This document shows positions 38,944-46,851 of a stretch of 52,135 nt of DNA, piece after piece. A program made the position numbers and the translations under genes. The notes beneath the pieces are model-generated. The model was not told where the DNA came from and searched no databases. It was given only the letters and a program-made list of their open reading frames with translations. Every line of letters starts with the position of its first letter. Positions within the stretch are counted from its first letter, which is position 1. The stretch comes from a virus (lineage: Duplodnaviria; Caudoviricetes): positions 1 to 52,135 of IMG/VR virus record IMGVR_UViG_3300044675_006493. The stretch is one strand, 5' to 3'.

Positions 38944-39241
38944 TGTGCTTCAACCATTCCTCGGCGTCTTCTGGGACAGGCATGAAAAGTCCGCGATTGA
39001 AACCTGCTGAAAACGCTTCGTCGCTGATGTCGGAAACTTCCTGCTGGAACTGGTTGATCGTAATAACCTTTTTGCGAATCAACGGTGCGATAACAGCAGA
39101 AAGCGCGGTAACAAGACCAATAATGGCTGCGATCTGATCGGTTGACCAGTCAATCCAACCAAACGTTTGCGCCAAGCCGATAGCGGCGGCGACAAGGACA
39201 TTTAGGCTCGCAAAACCGGTAACTACTGGTTCGTTACGCAT
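38927..39241 (-). CDS. Holin-like two-TM protein
   Basis: MRNEPV...two hydrophobic helices...IRKKV; preceded by TATTCT-6 nt-ATG. Confidence 0.55.
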   Translation of the reverse strand: MRNEPVVTGFASLNVLVAAAIGLAQTFGWIDWSTDQIAAIIGLVTALSAVIAPLIRKKVITINQFQQEVSDISDEAFSAGFNRGLFMPVPEDAEEWLKHNAPGS

Positions 39242-39267
39242 CGCATAAGAATACCAGATAATTATTA

Positions 39268-40329
39268 TCAATTTTCTGATGTGGCTTGCTGCGCCAAGAT
39301 GCGAAAAGCGTGGGCGGCTTGTTGTGGAACTACCCCATTACCCAAAAGTTTTAACTGTGCAGTTCTAGAATCAACAATGTCGGTTACCCAACCTTCGGGC
39401 AGCCCCATCATCCACTCAACAAACGAAGCGTTCAGTCTTCCGGAGGCATCAACGGCATCTGGAGCGCATCGCCCAACCACGAACTCCCATCGGGCAATCG
39501 CTGGTCCGTACTGTCCAAATCGGTCATGACCATCACTACAGCGTTTAAAGGCAGGGTGTTTCGTTTCATCTGCGCAGGACCGCCCGTGTTGGACGCGTCC
39601 TGACAGGTAGGAGTCGGCAAAAGATGGGGAATATCCCATAAGTTCCTGCCAAAAGCATTCGCCCCCACATCCGGTGTCGCCCCATGTTTGCTTGCTTGCG
39701 CTGTTGGGGTCGGCATGAGACGCATCGCTTCGATTTCCAAACTGCGTCCGTGACCGTTCCCGTTCCCGTGTTTCGCTTTCATTTCTGATGTCCAAGCGTC
39801 CCACTGTTCCACAGTTTTGCGGGCACCCATGTCCACCACTGTCGGTGTAGGCAAGACAGAACCAGCGAAGTCTGTTATGAGGCGCTCCGACTTCTGCCGC
39901 TGGTAAATGTGTCCATTCCGCAGAGAACCCGTTTTCGGCCAAAGCAGAAACAACTCTGGAAAAAGCATGTCCACCGTTAGCGGTACAAATGCCTGAGACG
40001 TTTTCGAGGAGGAGGAATTTGGCTCCAGCCTCGCGACCAATTCTGCAAACATCGTCAATCAACCAGCGTTCGTCTTCCATCCCGAGCCGTTTACCGGCCT
40101 GAGACACCGGTTGACATGGGAAACCTGCTGTTACCACATCCACCGAAGGTGGATTCGAAATTTTTGTTAAATCACCTAAACCGACCGATGTCTTGAACCG
40201 TGTGGACATGACATGGTTTGCGTGGTTGTCGGTGTCTGAAAACCATGCTAGTTCGGTTTGTGTGCCGATGTGTTGCAAAGCGAGTTCTAACCCGCCGTAG
40301 CCTGCGCACAATGCACCAATTTTGATCAT
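39268..40329 (-). CDS. C5-cytosine DNA methyltransferase
   Basis: LCAGYGG (I), GFPCQ (IV), ENV (VI), R.RWF (VIII), LGNGVVPQ (X). Confidence 0.9.
   Translation of the reverse strand: MIKIGALCAGYGGLELALQHIGTQTELAWFSDTDNHANHVMSTRFKTSVGLGDLTKISNPPSVDVVTAGFPCQPVSQAGKRLGMEDERWLIDDVCRIGREAGAKFLLLENVSGICTANGGHAFSRVVSALAENGFSAEWTHLPAAEVGAPHNRLRWFCLAYTDSGGHGCPQNCGTVGRLDIRNESETRERERSRTQFGNRSDASHADPNSASKQTWGDTGCGGECFWQELMGYSPSFADSYLSGRVQHGRSCADETKHPAFKRCSDGHDRFGQYGPAIARWEFVVGRCAPDAVDASGRLNASFVEWMMGLPEGWVTDIVDSRTAQLKLLGNGVVPQQAAHAFRILAQQATSEN
39432..40058 (-). CDS. Overlapping alternate-frame polypeptide nested in the C5 MTase (LPTP-repeat, beta-subunit-like)
   Basis: 208-aa open frame with SKTSQ..WPKTGSLRNG and three (L/M)PTPT repeats. 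Confidence 0.55.
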   Translation of the reverse strand: MTMFAELVARLEPNSSSSKTSQAFVPLTVDMLFPELFLLWPKTGSLRNGHIYQRQKSERLITDFAGSVLPTPTVVDMGARKTVEQWDAWTSEMKAKHGNGNGHGRSLEIEAMRLMPTPTAQASKHGATPDVGANAFGRNLWDIPHLLPTPTCQDASNTGGPAQMKRNTLPLNAVVMVMTDLDSTDQRLPDGSSWLGDALQMPLMPPED

Positions 40330-40637
40330 GAGGTTGTTGTTAGCAGCACTTCGAACTTGATGGGTTCGTTATCAAAACGGTCCTGAACCCAAACGTCGTC
40401 ATAGCCTTCTTCAACCCATTCCATCGCCAAATTTAAAGCCTCTGACGCCGACAACAAACAAAGGTTTACTTCTCCGCCACCAACCCAAACAGACCAGTTT
40501 TCGTCCTTGCTATGCGAAAACCAATCCTCAACAAACGTGTTTACGCCCAACTTTGCAACCTCCAAAAACAAAAACAACAACACCAACACACTACCAACCC
40601 AAACCCCAAACAACAACCCCACCCACCCAGCCAACAA
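40326..40637 (-). CDS. Hypothetical protein
   Basis: WSVWVGGGEVN...A..LA.EW.EEGYDDV pattern; the true start may be internal. Confidence 0.5.
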   Translation of the reverse strand: MLAGWVGLLFGVWVGSVLVLLFLFLEVAKLGVNTFVEDWFSHSKDENWSVWVGGGEVNLCLLSASEALNLAMEWVEEGYDDVWVQDRFDNEPIKFEVLLTTTS

Positions 40638-40880
40638 CCATGGATAGAACCAGCGAAACCGACATATAAATAATAATTACTTACGGCTCTACTTACGGCT
40701 CTTTATTGACCCCCCCAAACTGGGGAGGAGGGAGGTACCCAAAATGGGGAGGTCACAACCAACCTGACCTACCCAAAATGAGTACCACACAATTAACACA
40801 AAAATAACAAAACCCAAAAACAGAATCTAACCATAGATTGAAAAAACACCGAACAAAATCCGCAACCATGGATAGAACCA
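40635..40880. repeat. 18-bp direct repeat CAACCATGGATAGAACCA (40635-40652, 40863-40880)
   Basis: Exact copies flank the second iteron array; the 13-bp core recurs at 48475-48487. Confidence 0.75.
40664..40786 (-). repeat. Second, inverted iteron array with an AT-rich flank (putative origin)
   Basis: TACCCAAAATGGGGAGGTCA is identical at 7756-7775 and 40736-40755; the reverse complement reproduces the AGAGCCGT(C/A)AGT repeats of the rep array. Confidence 0.7.
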
Positions 40881-41121
40881 AAAAACGTACAAACAACAAA
40901 CCATGACGTCCGAATAGGGGCCAGAGGCCCGCGGTCCGAAACCGAGAACGATTCCCAACCCGCGGGCAGGGGTAAGGGGGCAAAGGTGGGGCATGCCCTG
41001 AGAGGGTCCTAGAATGCCCTGTGTCGAGGTTGGGGGGATCCTGGGGTACTTACCCCCTAGTTGGGGGGTGGATCGCAGTAGGGGGCCTTGTGGGGGCCTT
41101 AGAGGGAATCTGAGAAAATGC

Positions 41122-41149
41122 TTGACTTCCGCGGTGGGATCCCTAGAAT
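41122..41149 (+). promoter_or_regulatory. Near-consensus sigma70/SigA promoter
   Basis: TTGACT-16 nt-TAGAAT. Confidence 0.65.
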
Positions 41150-41258
41150 GGTCTCTGTCAGGGGCTAGCCACGATGGCGCCGCTGGCCTGAGATCCTTGA
41201 AAACCGAGCATGTCGTCTAGTGGGGGCCATGGCCGCACCTACCTACAGAGGAGCAACC

Positions 41259-41582
41259 ATGTCCATTTCCATTACCACTGTCCCGATGTCCATCATGACC
41301 GAGCGGGCCGCGTCATCGTCTTTCGATTTCGCGGCGGTCCTAGCGGCGGCCCTTGCGGCCGCGGCGGATTCCCAAGCCATCACTGTGAACACTGATGACG
41401 GCGAGGGTTGGGTCACGAGCACGGCCAACGGCCATGTCAGGGGGCTACAGGAGCGCCACGGTCCGGCATTCCTGACGGCGCAAGGCTTGACCGATCAATA
41501 CGTGGTCAAGGCAGGCGTGACGGGTCAGGGCATGCCTGACGGCCGCAAAGCGGTCAAGGTGGCCCTTGTCCCCAAGCCATAG
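41259..41582 (+). CDS. Hypothetical early protein (107 aa)
   Basis: SD GAGGAG before ATG, downstream of the promoter. Confidence 0.65.
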   Translation: MSISITTVPMSIMTERAASSSFDFAAVLAAALAAAADSQAITVNTDDGEGWVTSTANGHVRGLQERHGPAFLTAQGLTDQYVVKAGVTGQGMPDGRKAVKVALVPKP

Positions 41583-41757
41583 CACTAGCGGAGAATCTAG
41601 AACCTAGAACCTAGTCCCGCGGTCGTGGCCCCCACTAGGCGACATGCTCGACGGCGCCACGCTGCCATCGGGTCCCCGACAGGGGACGCGGTGACGGTAC
41701 GGCGCGGACCGCTACGGCCGACGGCCGTCAGGCGGGTACCGCGTGCCGCCCAGGTGC

Positions 41758-41831
41758 CAGAACATATGTTCGACGAACACCCGTTCGACTCCGCCACGGA
41801 TCGAACACCCGTTCGACGAACACCCGTTCGA
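41758..41831. promoter_or_regulatory. Array of four LexA (SOS) boxes
   Basis: GAAC-N4-GTTC cores at 41760, 41775, 41803 and 41818; 41801-41816 is a perfect TCGAAC-N4-GTTCGA. Confidence 0.8.
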
Positions 41832-42045
41832 CGCCGCGCGGCGCGCGGACCGAGGCGGGGAGCGGCCATGGGCGGCCGGCTCCAATGGGCGGAAAGTTTT
41901 CGGGTTGGGCTTTGACGGTCCGCGGAAATTTTTTTTTCGGCGAAAACTTTTTGTTCGGGTTGCCCAGTTTTTTGTGTGTGTTGTTTCGGTTATGTGTTTC
42001 ATGAGTTGTCGAACGGTTTTGTTCGGCTTTGAGAATGGAGCGGTT

Positions 42046-42444
42046 ATGGATAGAGAAGTGCGGTTTTGTTTTCCTATCGGAGATGATGATGTTTCGGTTG
42101 GGGGGGAGGTTCGGATCTTTCCTCACGACGCGGATTGCGACGGAATGGTTCGGTTGGAGTTCGTTGACGGTTCTGAGCGGTCTGTGTTGGTACTGACTGA
42201 CACGGAAGCGAAACGGATTGCTGACGGATTTGATGCGGTGTTTAGCGGTTTGTTGGAATCGCAGTTTTGTGCGGGTGTGTTGATCGTTGAGGCGGGCTGG
42301 ACATCTAGCGGAGCCAAGCGGGTGTTGTTGTTTTCGGACGATCACGACGAGAGAGTTTGTTTTCGGATTGAGTGCGGGATTATGTTCTCGCATTCTTTGC
42401 GGAACATGGCGACACTTATCGGATACTGGGAACAGTTCGGGTAG
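42046..42444 (+). CDS. Hypothetical protein
   Basis: SD GGAG before ATG; followed by a terminator. Confidence 0.5.
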   Translation: MDREVRFCFPIGDDDVSVGGEVRIFPHDADCDGMVRLEFVDGSERSVLVLTDTEAKRIADGFDAVFSGLLESQFCAGVLIVEAGWTSSGAKRVLLFSDDHDERVCFRIECGIMFSHSLRNMATLIGYWEQFG

Positions 42445-42477
42445 GTTGCCGTAAGTTTCCATCGGACATGGACGGGG

Positions 42478-42522
42478 AAACCCCCAGTCGTTACCTGTAC
42501 GGGTTTCGGCTGGGGGTTTTTT
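42478..42522 (+). terminator. Intrinsic terminator
   Basis: AAACCCCCAGTCG / CGGCTGGGGGTTT stem plus T-run. Confidence 0.7.
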
Positions 42523-42737
42523 CGTACCCTTTTTGCGCGGACTTTAACGGGGTTTTTGCGGGGCTTTTTCGGAGACCCCCCCTAATGTTTTTTCGGACCC
42601 CCGGTACCCCCCCCTACCCTTTCGGGAAGCGAACTATACGGTGCTACGGAAACGAAGTGTTTGCCGTGCGGTTGCCGTCCGCCGCGTCTCGTCGCGCTGG
42701 CGGACATCGGAACCGTGTGGTTTCCGAAAGGAATGGT

Positions 42738-42771
42738 GAAGGCCCGCCCCCCGTGTGAGGAGCGGGCCTTC
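42738..42771 (-). terminator. Hairpin closing the leftward early operon
   Basis: GAAGGCCCGC / GCGGGCCTTC 10-bp stem; weak U-tract. Confidence 0.5.
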
Positions 42772-42793
42772 CGTTGTAGGGGCTACTGATCCG

Positions 42794-43042
42794 TTAGAAC
42801 ATGTGTTCCGCTACTGCTGGTCCGCCACCCGAACCAAAGTTGATGACCGCTTGACTCAACAACCGTTCTAACTCTTCGTTGTCCGAACAATCCGCCCAGT
42901 CGCGAGTAACCGAAACGATTGTACATCCGTGAAGTTCCGTGTAGGTTTCGCCATCCGCGAGAACCATGTAATACCGTTTGTTGGGTTGCTGCCATCCGTC
43001 TGGCAGGTCAACCGTGTCCCACCATGTTTGTTTCCGTTTCAT
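42794..43042 (-). CDS. Hypothetical protein
   Basis: SD GGAGG before ATG; MVLADGETYT.L.GC.IV pattern. Confidence 0.6.
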   Translation of the reverse strand: MKRKQTWWDTVDLPDGWQQPNKRYYMVLADGETYTELHGCTIVSVTRDWADCSDNEELERLLSQAVINFGSGGGPAVAEHMF

Positions 43043-43103
43043 GTTTCCTCCGTTGTTTAGTAGGGGGTCCGACCACCACGACAATGGCCGAACCCCCCGA
43101 TGT

Positions 43104-43958
43104 TTATGGGCCTTCCGAACCTAGGGAAAGTTCCGCGATGGCCCTGTAGTGGTCGTCAAGCCGAGCAAACTCCGATGCTTGTGCGTGTTCCGTGGGCTGC
43201 CAACACATACAGTTTTCCGCGCTTTCTTCGCACAGCCAACAGAATCCGCACTCTTCGCAGTCCGTGTTGGAGTAGTCCGACTCTGCCCGCCAGATGTGTA
43301 GACAGTTTTTACAGGACATGTAATCGTCCGTTGCCCGCGGTGTGGACATGGTGGACGTAATACCGCTAAGGCTGTAGATACCGCTAGCGCTGTACCGCGA
43401 TGGACGCCAAGCCTCGTAACTCCGATTGGACCACCACACTCCGTCATCCCAATGTCCGAGATGTTCGTTCATGATGTAAATGCCGTATTCCGTGTCAGGG
43501 TGCGCAGACAGAAAAGCCGCTTTGCTGGTGCCCAACCACTTTTCCGTTTTGGCCCACCACTCGTCGTCGTCGATCCGCGATGGCTCAACCGACTTGAGGT
43601 TCTCTTCCGTCCAAATCCGTGTGTCCGACTTGCGTCGTCCGGGCTTGATGGGCAGAACTCCGTTGTGAGCGATAGCGATCCGCTCATCGTGCGCCCAAGT
43701 GAACGGGTGACAGTTTTGAACCGTCTCTCCGCCACCTGTGGAGAACCGATGATGGAAGATGCCCCAACAATCCGTGTGGGCCTCCCACACCGATCTGAAC
43801 TCTGTCCACGCTTCCGTGAAATCCATGGACCGAAATCGTGCGATGTGACCGTCAAGGAGGATGGCCCAACCGAACCCGTCAGGGTTGTTGTGCGCCGCTT
43901 CCAACATCCGCTCGTCGTTTAGTTCCGCTTCGTTTGAAAAAACCGTAAGTAGACACAT
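43104..43958 (-). CDS. Class II (Ntn) glutamine amidotransferase
   Basis: Met-Cys start; NPDGFG, HHRFSTGG, NCHPF, AHNGVL, SDT motifs; C-terminal CxxC pairs. Confidence 0.9.
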   Translation of the reverse strand: MCLLTVFSNEAELNDERMLEAAHNNPDGFGWAILLDGHIARFRSMDFTEAWTEFRSVWEAHTDCWGIFHHRFSTGGGETVQNCHPFTWAHDERIAIAHNGVLPIKPGRRKSDTRIWTEENLKSVEPSRIDDDEWWAKTEKWLGTSKAAFLSAHPDTEYGIYIMNEHLGHWDDGVWWSNRSYEAWRPSRYSASGIYSLSGITSTMSTPRATDDYMSCKNCLHIWRAESDYSNTDCEECGFCWLCEESAENCMCWQPTEHAQASEFARLDDHYRAIAELSLGSEGP

Positions 43959-43959
43959 A

Positions 43960-45723
43960 TCAGTTGCTCTCCGTTTCGTAGACTCGCCCGTCAATCCGAT
44001 TGATGGCGTTGCTGTACTTTTCCGCTCGTTCTCCGTCTTTCAGCCATTCGTAGAATGTGCCGAAGTCCGAAGCATTTCCGTATACGATTTCTTGTGACTT
44101 CATGACCCGCGAGTAGTTGACGAGTCCGTGAAGGAACTCTAGGTACGCCGCGAGTGTTGTTGGCAGTAGCGATGACCGAAACATCCGCACTTCGATAGTG
44201 TTCCGATTTTGGTAGTTGACGGCTGAACCGCGATCAGGCCAGCCGCGTCCCGTGGCGTAGGTGATAGCGTTCGCCATTCCGCGCATGGCGTCACCGTGTC
44301 GTCCGTACGATGAACAGTTGCGTCCCGCAAACCGTTCAAGTTCTGTACGCCACTCACCGAAGTAGTATTGGAACCGCGCGATGTGCGCCGCACTTTTGAA
44401 CGCTTTCCGACTGATGTGAACATGAATGCCCGCGTTGGCTCCACGCCAACCCGACCATTTGTGTTCGTTCCGCAGTTCGTCCCATGGGAACGTTTTCCAC
44501 AACTCCGCGTGGGCCGCGAGTGTGGCTGGGTGACTGACCATTTCAGGACCGCTAACCGTGCAGTCCGATTTGGCGTACAGGAAACCGTTGTTGTAGATGT
44601 CCGATACTGCGATTGCGTTTCCGCCCTCACGATAGTTTCCTCCGCTTAGGACGTTGAGTTCCAACTCAACTCCGAGGAAGATTGGGTCGTCAGAGTCGCC
44701 GCTGGCTATCCGTCGAACTCCCTCATCCGTTACTCCGTGGAACTCCGGGCTTGGCTTGTAACTGTACGACTGAACATACAAATCTCCGAAGTTTCCGTCG
44801 TGATCCGAAATGCTGCCGTGAGGCCACGCACCGCACGAAGGGCATGCTTCGTCCGTCCAAGAGACTTCACCGCATTCGTCGCAATCCCGAATGTATTCCG
44901 AGGTACAGTCTTGACAATATGGATCTCCGTTGGGGGCTTCCACCGTATTGTCTCCGTGGACGACACAACCGCAGTGACCGCAGGATGTGAAGTCGCCCGA
45001 GTCGTCACAACCGTGGCAAACAGGGTTCCCCGCATAAGACACCATATCGCCCCGTTGGAACGGACCGCCGCACGCCTCGCACCAAGTCCAGTCACGCCGA
45101 CTTGTGTCGTAGAGTCTGTATAGCCGACTTCTCCACGCACCCCGAATATCCGCGTAAAGGGATTCGATGGAAAACCGTTGGCCCGCGTAATCTGCGCAGA
45201 AAACCGAAAGGAAAACAGCAACCGCCCCAGCGTGTTCCGCGTTCCACTCAATCAAATCTTCCGCGTTGCCCGTCTCCCGCAGCAACTGGTACTGTAACCG
45301 CAACCCGAGGATATCTTCCGCCTGAGACAGCGCAGCGTTCATGAGCCGTTCATTGCCCTCATATCCGTGGGGCCACCGAGGAAGCCATACGTCCCGCCAA
45401 GCGTCCCTAGCCGCTTGACGCCGCATGAAAAGGTTGGTATCCGAAATGTTGTTGAGTGCCCGCAACCGATTGTCGTCCTCGGTCAACCAGCCCGCGTCAT
45501 CGTTGTATGCGGCCGTTTGTTCCCGCAAGGCATCTTCGCCCCGCCTATTGAGGAGAACTCCGAAAAAGCGAATGAGGCCGCTTGCCGTCATGGCGGGATA
45601 GGAAACTCCGAGTTCCGTCAACCGCTGGTGATACAGGAACGCAGGCGCATCTCCGCGCAGCGTTTCTATACAATGCGTAATCCGCATTGCCGCGGATTCT
45701 AGTTCTTCCGATGATGTTGGCAT
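43960..45723 (-). CDS. Putative amidoligase (COOH-NH2 ligase) with zinc ribbons
   Basis: LGVELEL, KSDCTV, EMVSHP, AGIHVHISR, AVN....TIEVRMFRS; six CxxC motifs upstream; SD AAGGAG. Confidence 0.85.
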   Translation of the reverse strand: MPTSSEELESAAMRITHCIETLRGDAPAFLYHQRLTELGVSYPAMTASGLIRFFGVLLNRRGEDALREQTAAYNDDAGWLTEDDNRLRALNNISDTNLFMRRQAARDAWRDVWLPRWPHGYEGNERLMNAALSQAEDILGLRLQYQLLRETGNAEDLIEWNAEHAGAVAVFLSVFCADYAGQRFSIESLYADIRGAWRSRLYRLYDTSRRDWTWCEACGGPFQRGDMVSYAGNPVCHGCDDSGDFTSCGHCGCVVHGDNTVEAPNGDPYCQDCTSEYIRDCDECGEVSWTDEACPSCGAWPHGSISDHDGNFGDLYVQSYSYKPSPEFHGVTDEGVRRIASGDSDDPIFLGVELELNVLSGGNYREGGNAIAVSDIYNNGFLYAKSDCTVSGPEMVSHPATLAAHAELWKTFPWDELRNEHKWSGWRGANAGIHVHISRKAFKSAAHIARFQYYFGEWRTELERFAGRNCSSYGRHGDAMRGMANAITYATGRGWPDRGSAVNYQNRNTIEVRMFRSSLLPTTLAAYLEFLHGLVNYSRVMKSQEIVYGNASDFGTFYEWLKDGERAEKYSNAINRIDGRVYETESN

Positions 45724-45760
45724 TTCCGCTCCTTTTCCGTGTCCCCCCGCTGGGGACACT

Positions 45761-45818
45761 CCCATCTTACTATGCGAATAGAACCGAATCAATACCTTGT
45801 AAATACTTTTTTATTCCG
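45761..45818 (-). promoter_or_regulatory. Early promoter, copy 1 (58-bp repeat)
   Basis: Minus strand: A-tract UP element, TTGATT-17 nt-TAAGAT; 53/58 identical to 46852-46909. Confidence 0.8.
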
Positions 45819-46097
45819 TCACAAAACAACAAACCGAGGACACTCCATTTCCGTTACCTCCGCCAAAAGCATCTTCAAAGCCGAATCAAACTTTTCCGAT
45901 GTTCCGACGATTCTTATCTCCTCATCGAAGGCATCCAAACCGCGATGCGCCGTCTCCACGATGTAATGATTCAATCCACCGTGAACCGCTCCAAGCCACA
46001 TCAACCCGACTGGAAGCCCAGTATCCGTTCTTTTCCACGAATGGCCGTCGAAAACGTCAGCGTCACCGTTTTCTGTTTTCCGAACGTAGATAGTCAT
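45819..46097 (-). CDS. Hypothetical protein
   Basis: ATGA coupling with the upstream gene; SD GGAGG. Confidence 0.6.
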   Translation of the reverse strand: MTIYVRKTENGDADVFDGHSWKRTDTGLPVGLMWLGAVHGGLNHYIVETAHRGLDAFDEEIRIVGTSEKFDSALKMLLAEVTEMECPRFVVL

Positions 46098-46582
46098 GGC
46101 AGGACCCTCCGCTCAACCGACTTGTGACCGTTGGCAAACATGTTGTTTGTGACATTGACCGCACTTTTTTCATGGTGTAGTAACGTCCGCCTAACCGCAT
46201 CTGCCCAAGGCATCCGCGCAGTAGGACGCGCCGTGTCAATGTATGCTTCGTAGTTGCCGAAGTCAGGTGAATCCGCGGATTTCTGTGCTTCCGACAAAAG
46301 GATCTCCGCACCTAACGTGTAACCGAAACGAAACGTTTCCGCGGCTTGCTTCAACACCGTTTCAGCATTCACGTTGGCCCGCGCATCGTTTCCTAGGAAC
46401 TCGTCGTCCGCACCAACAACGTCATACAGCCATTCCCCGACTAGGCAATGGTCACCGTTGTCGTCCACGTAACGACAGTAACCACCGACCCCCAAAGGAT
46501 TCCGTTTGTGGCCGTTGAACACAACGATTCGCCGCATCCATTCCGCGACATCCTCGCCCGTGAAAACCCGCGCATTGTTCAT
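46094..46582 (-). CDS. Hypothetical protein (CRY...HCLVG motif)
   Basis: SD AAGGAGG before ATG. Confidence 0.65.
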   Translation of the reverse strand: MNNARVFTGEDVAEWMRRIVVFNGHKRNPLGVGGYCRYVDDNGDHCLVGEWLYDVVGADDEFLGNDARANVNAETVLKQAAETFRFGYTLGAEILLSEAQKSADSPDFGNYEAYIDTARPTARMPWADAVRRTLLHHEKSAVNVTNNMFANGHKSVERRVLP

Positions 46583-46605
46583 GTTGATTCCTCCTTTTTC
46601 CGACA

Positions 46606-46797
46606 TCACTCGCACTCCGCGAACAACTCTGACGCCGTGCCATTCCAACCCAACTCAATACCGTTTTCTACGCACTCCGCTGTGGCGTTAGAACCGTAAA
46701 CCGCATTCAACCGAAAATGGGTGCCTATCAGGGCCGCAATCAGCAACGCCGACAGAACAACCCAAACTCCGAAAGCAAACCGCTGTGAAATGTACAT
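46606..46797 (-). CDS. Small membrane protein
   Basis: One TM helix; RBS AAAGGAGCGGAAATG is identical to that of the amidoligase. Confidence 0.6.
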   Translation of the reverse strand: MYISQRFAFGVWVVLSALLIAALIGTHFRLNAVYGSNATAECVENGIELGWNGTASELFAECE

Positions 46798-46851
46798 TTC
46801 CGCTCCTTTTTGTTACGACCCGCTGGCCGTCGCCCCCTTTGGGGCCGAGAC

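Larger units (their letters stand above)
41852..42635 (+). repeat. Cassette copy A (conserved borders shared with 47243-48031)
   Basis: GAGGCGGG...GCTCCAATGGGC...AAATTTTTTT at the left border; GACCCCCCCTAATGTTTTTT and C-run...CGAACT at the right border. Confidence 0.65.

Noticed and set aside
40753-41220. ORFs 40753..40983 (-) and 41014..41220 (+)
   Set aside because: Low-complexity translations over origin/promoter DNA, with no RBS.
41758-41831. Possible mini-CRISPR array
   Set aside because: Repeats are 15-16 bp and mostly abutting, with no spacer-length unique sequences and no cas genes; they match the LexA operator instead.
41597-42002. Arg/Pro-rich ORFs over the LexA array (e.g. DEHPF repeats)
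   Set aside because: The peptide repeats are a by-product of the DNA operator repeats; no SD; GC-rich structured non-coding context.
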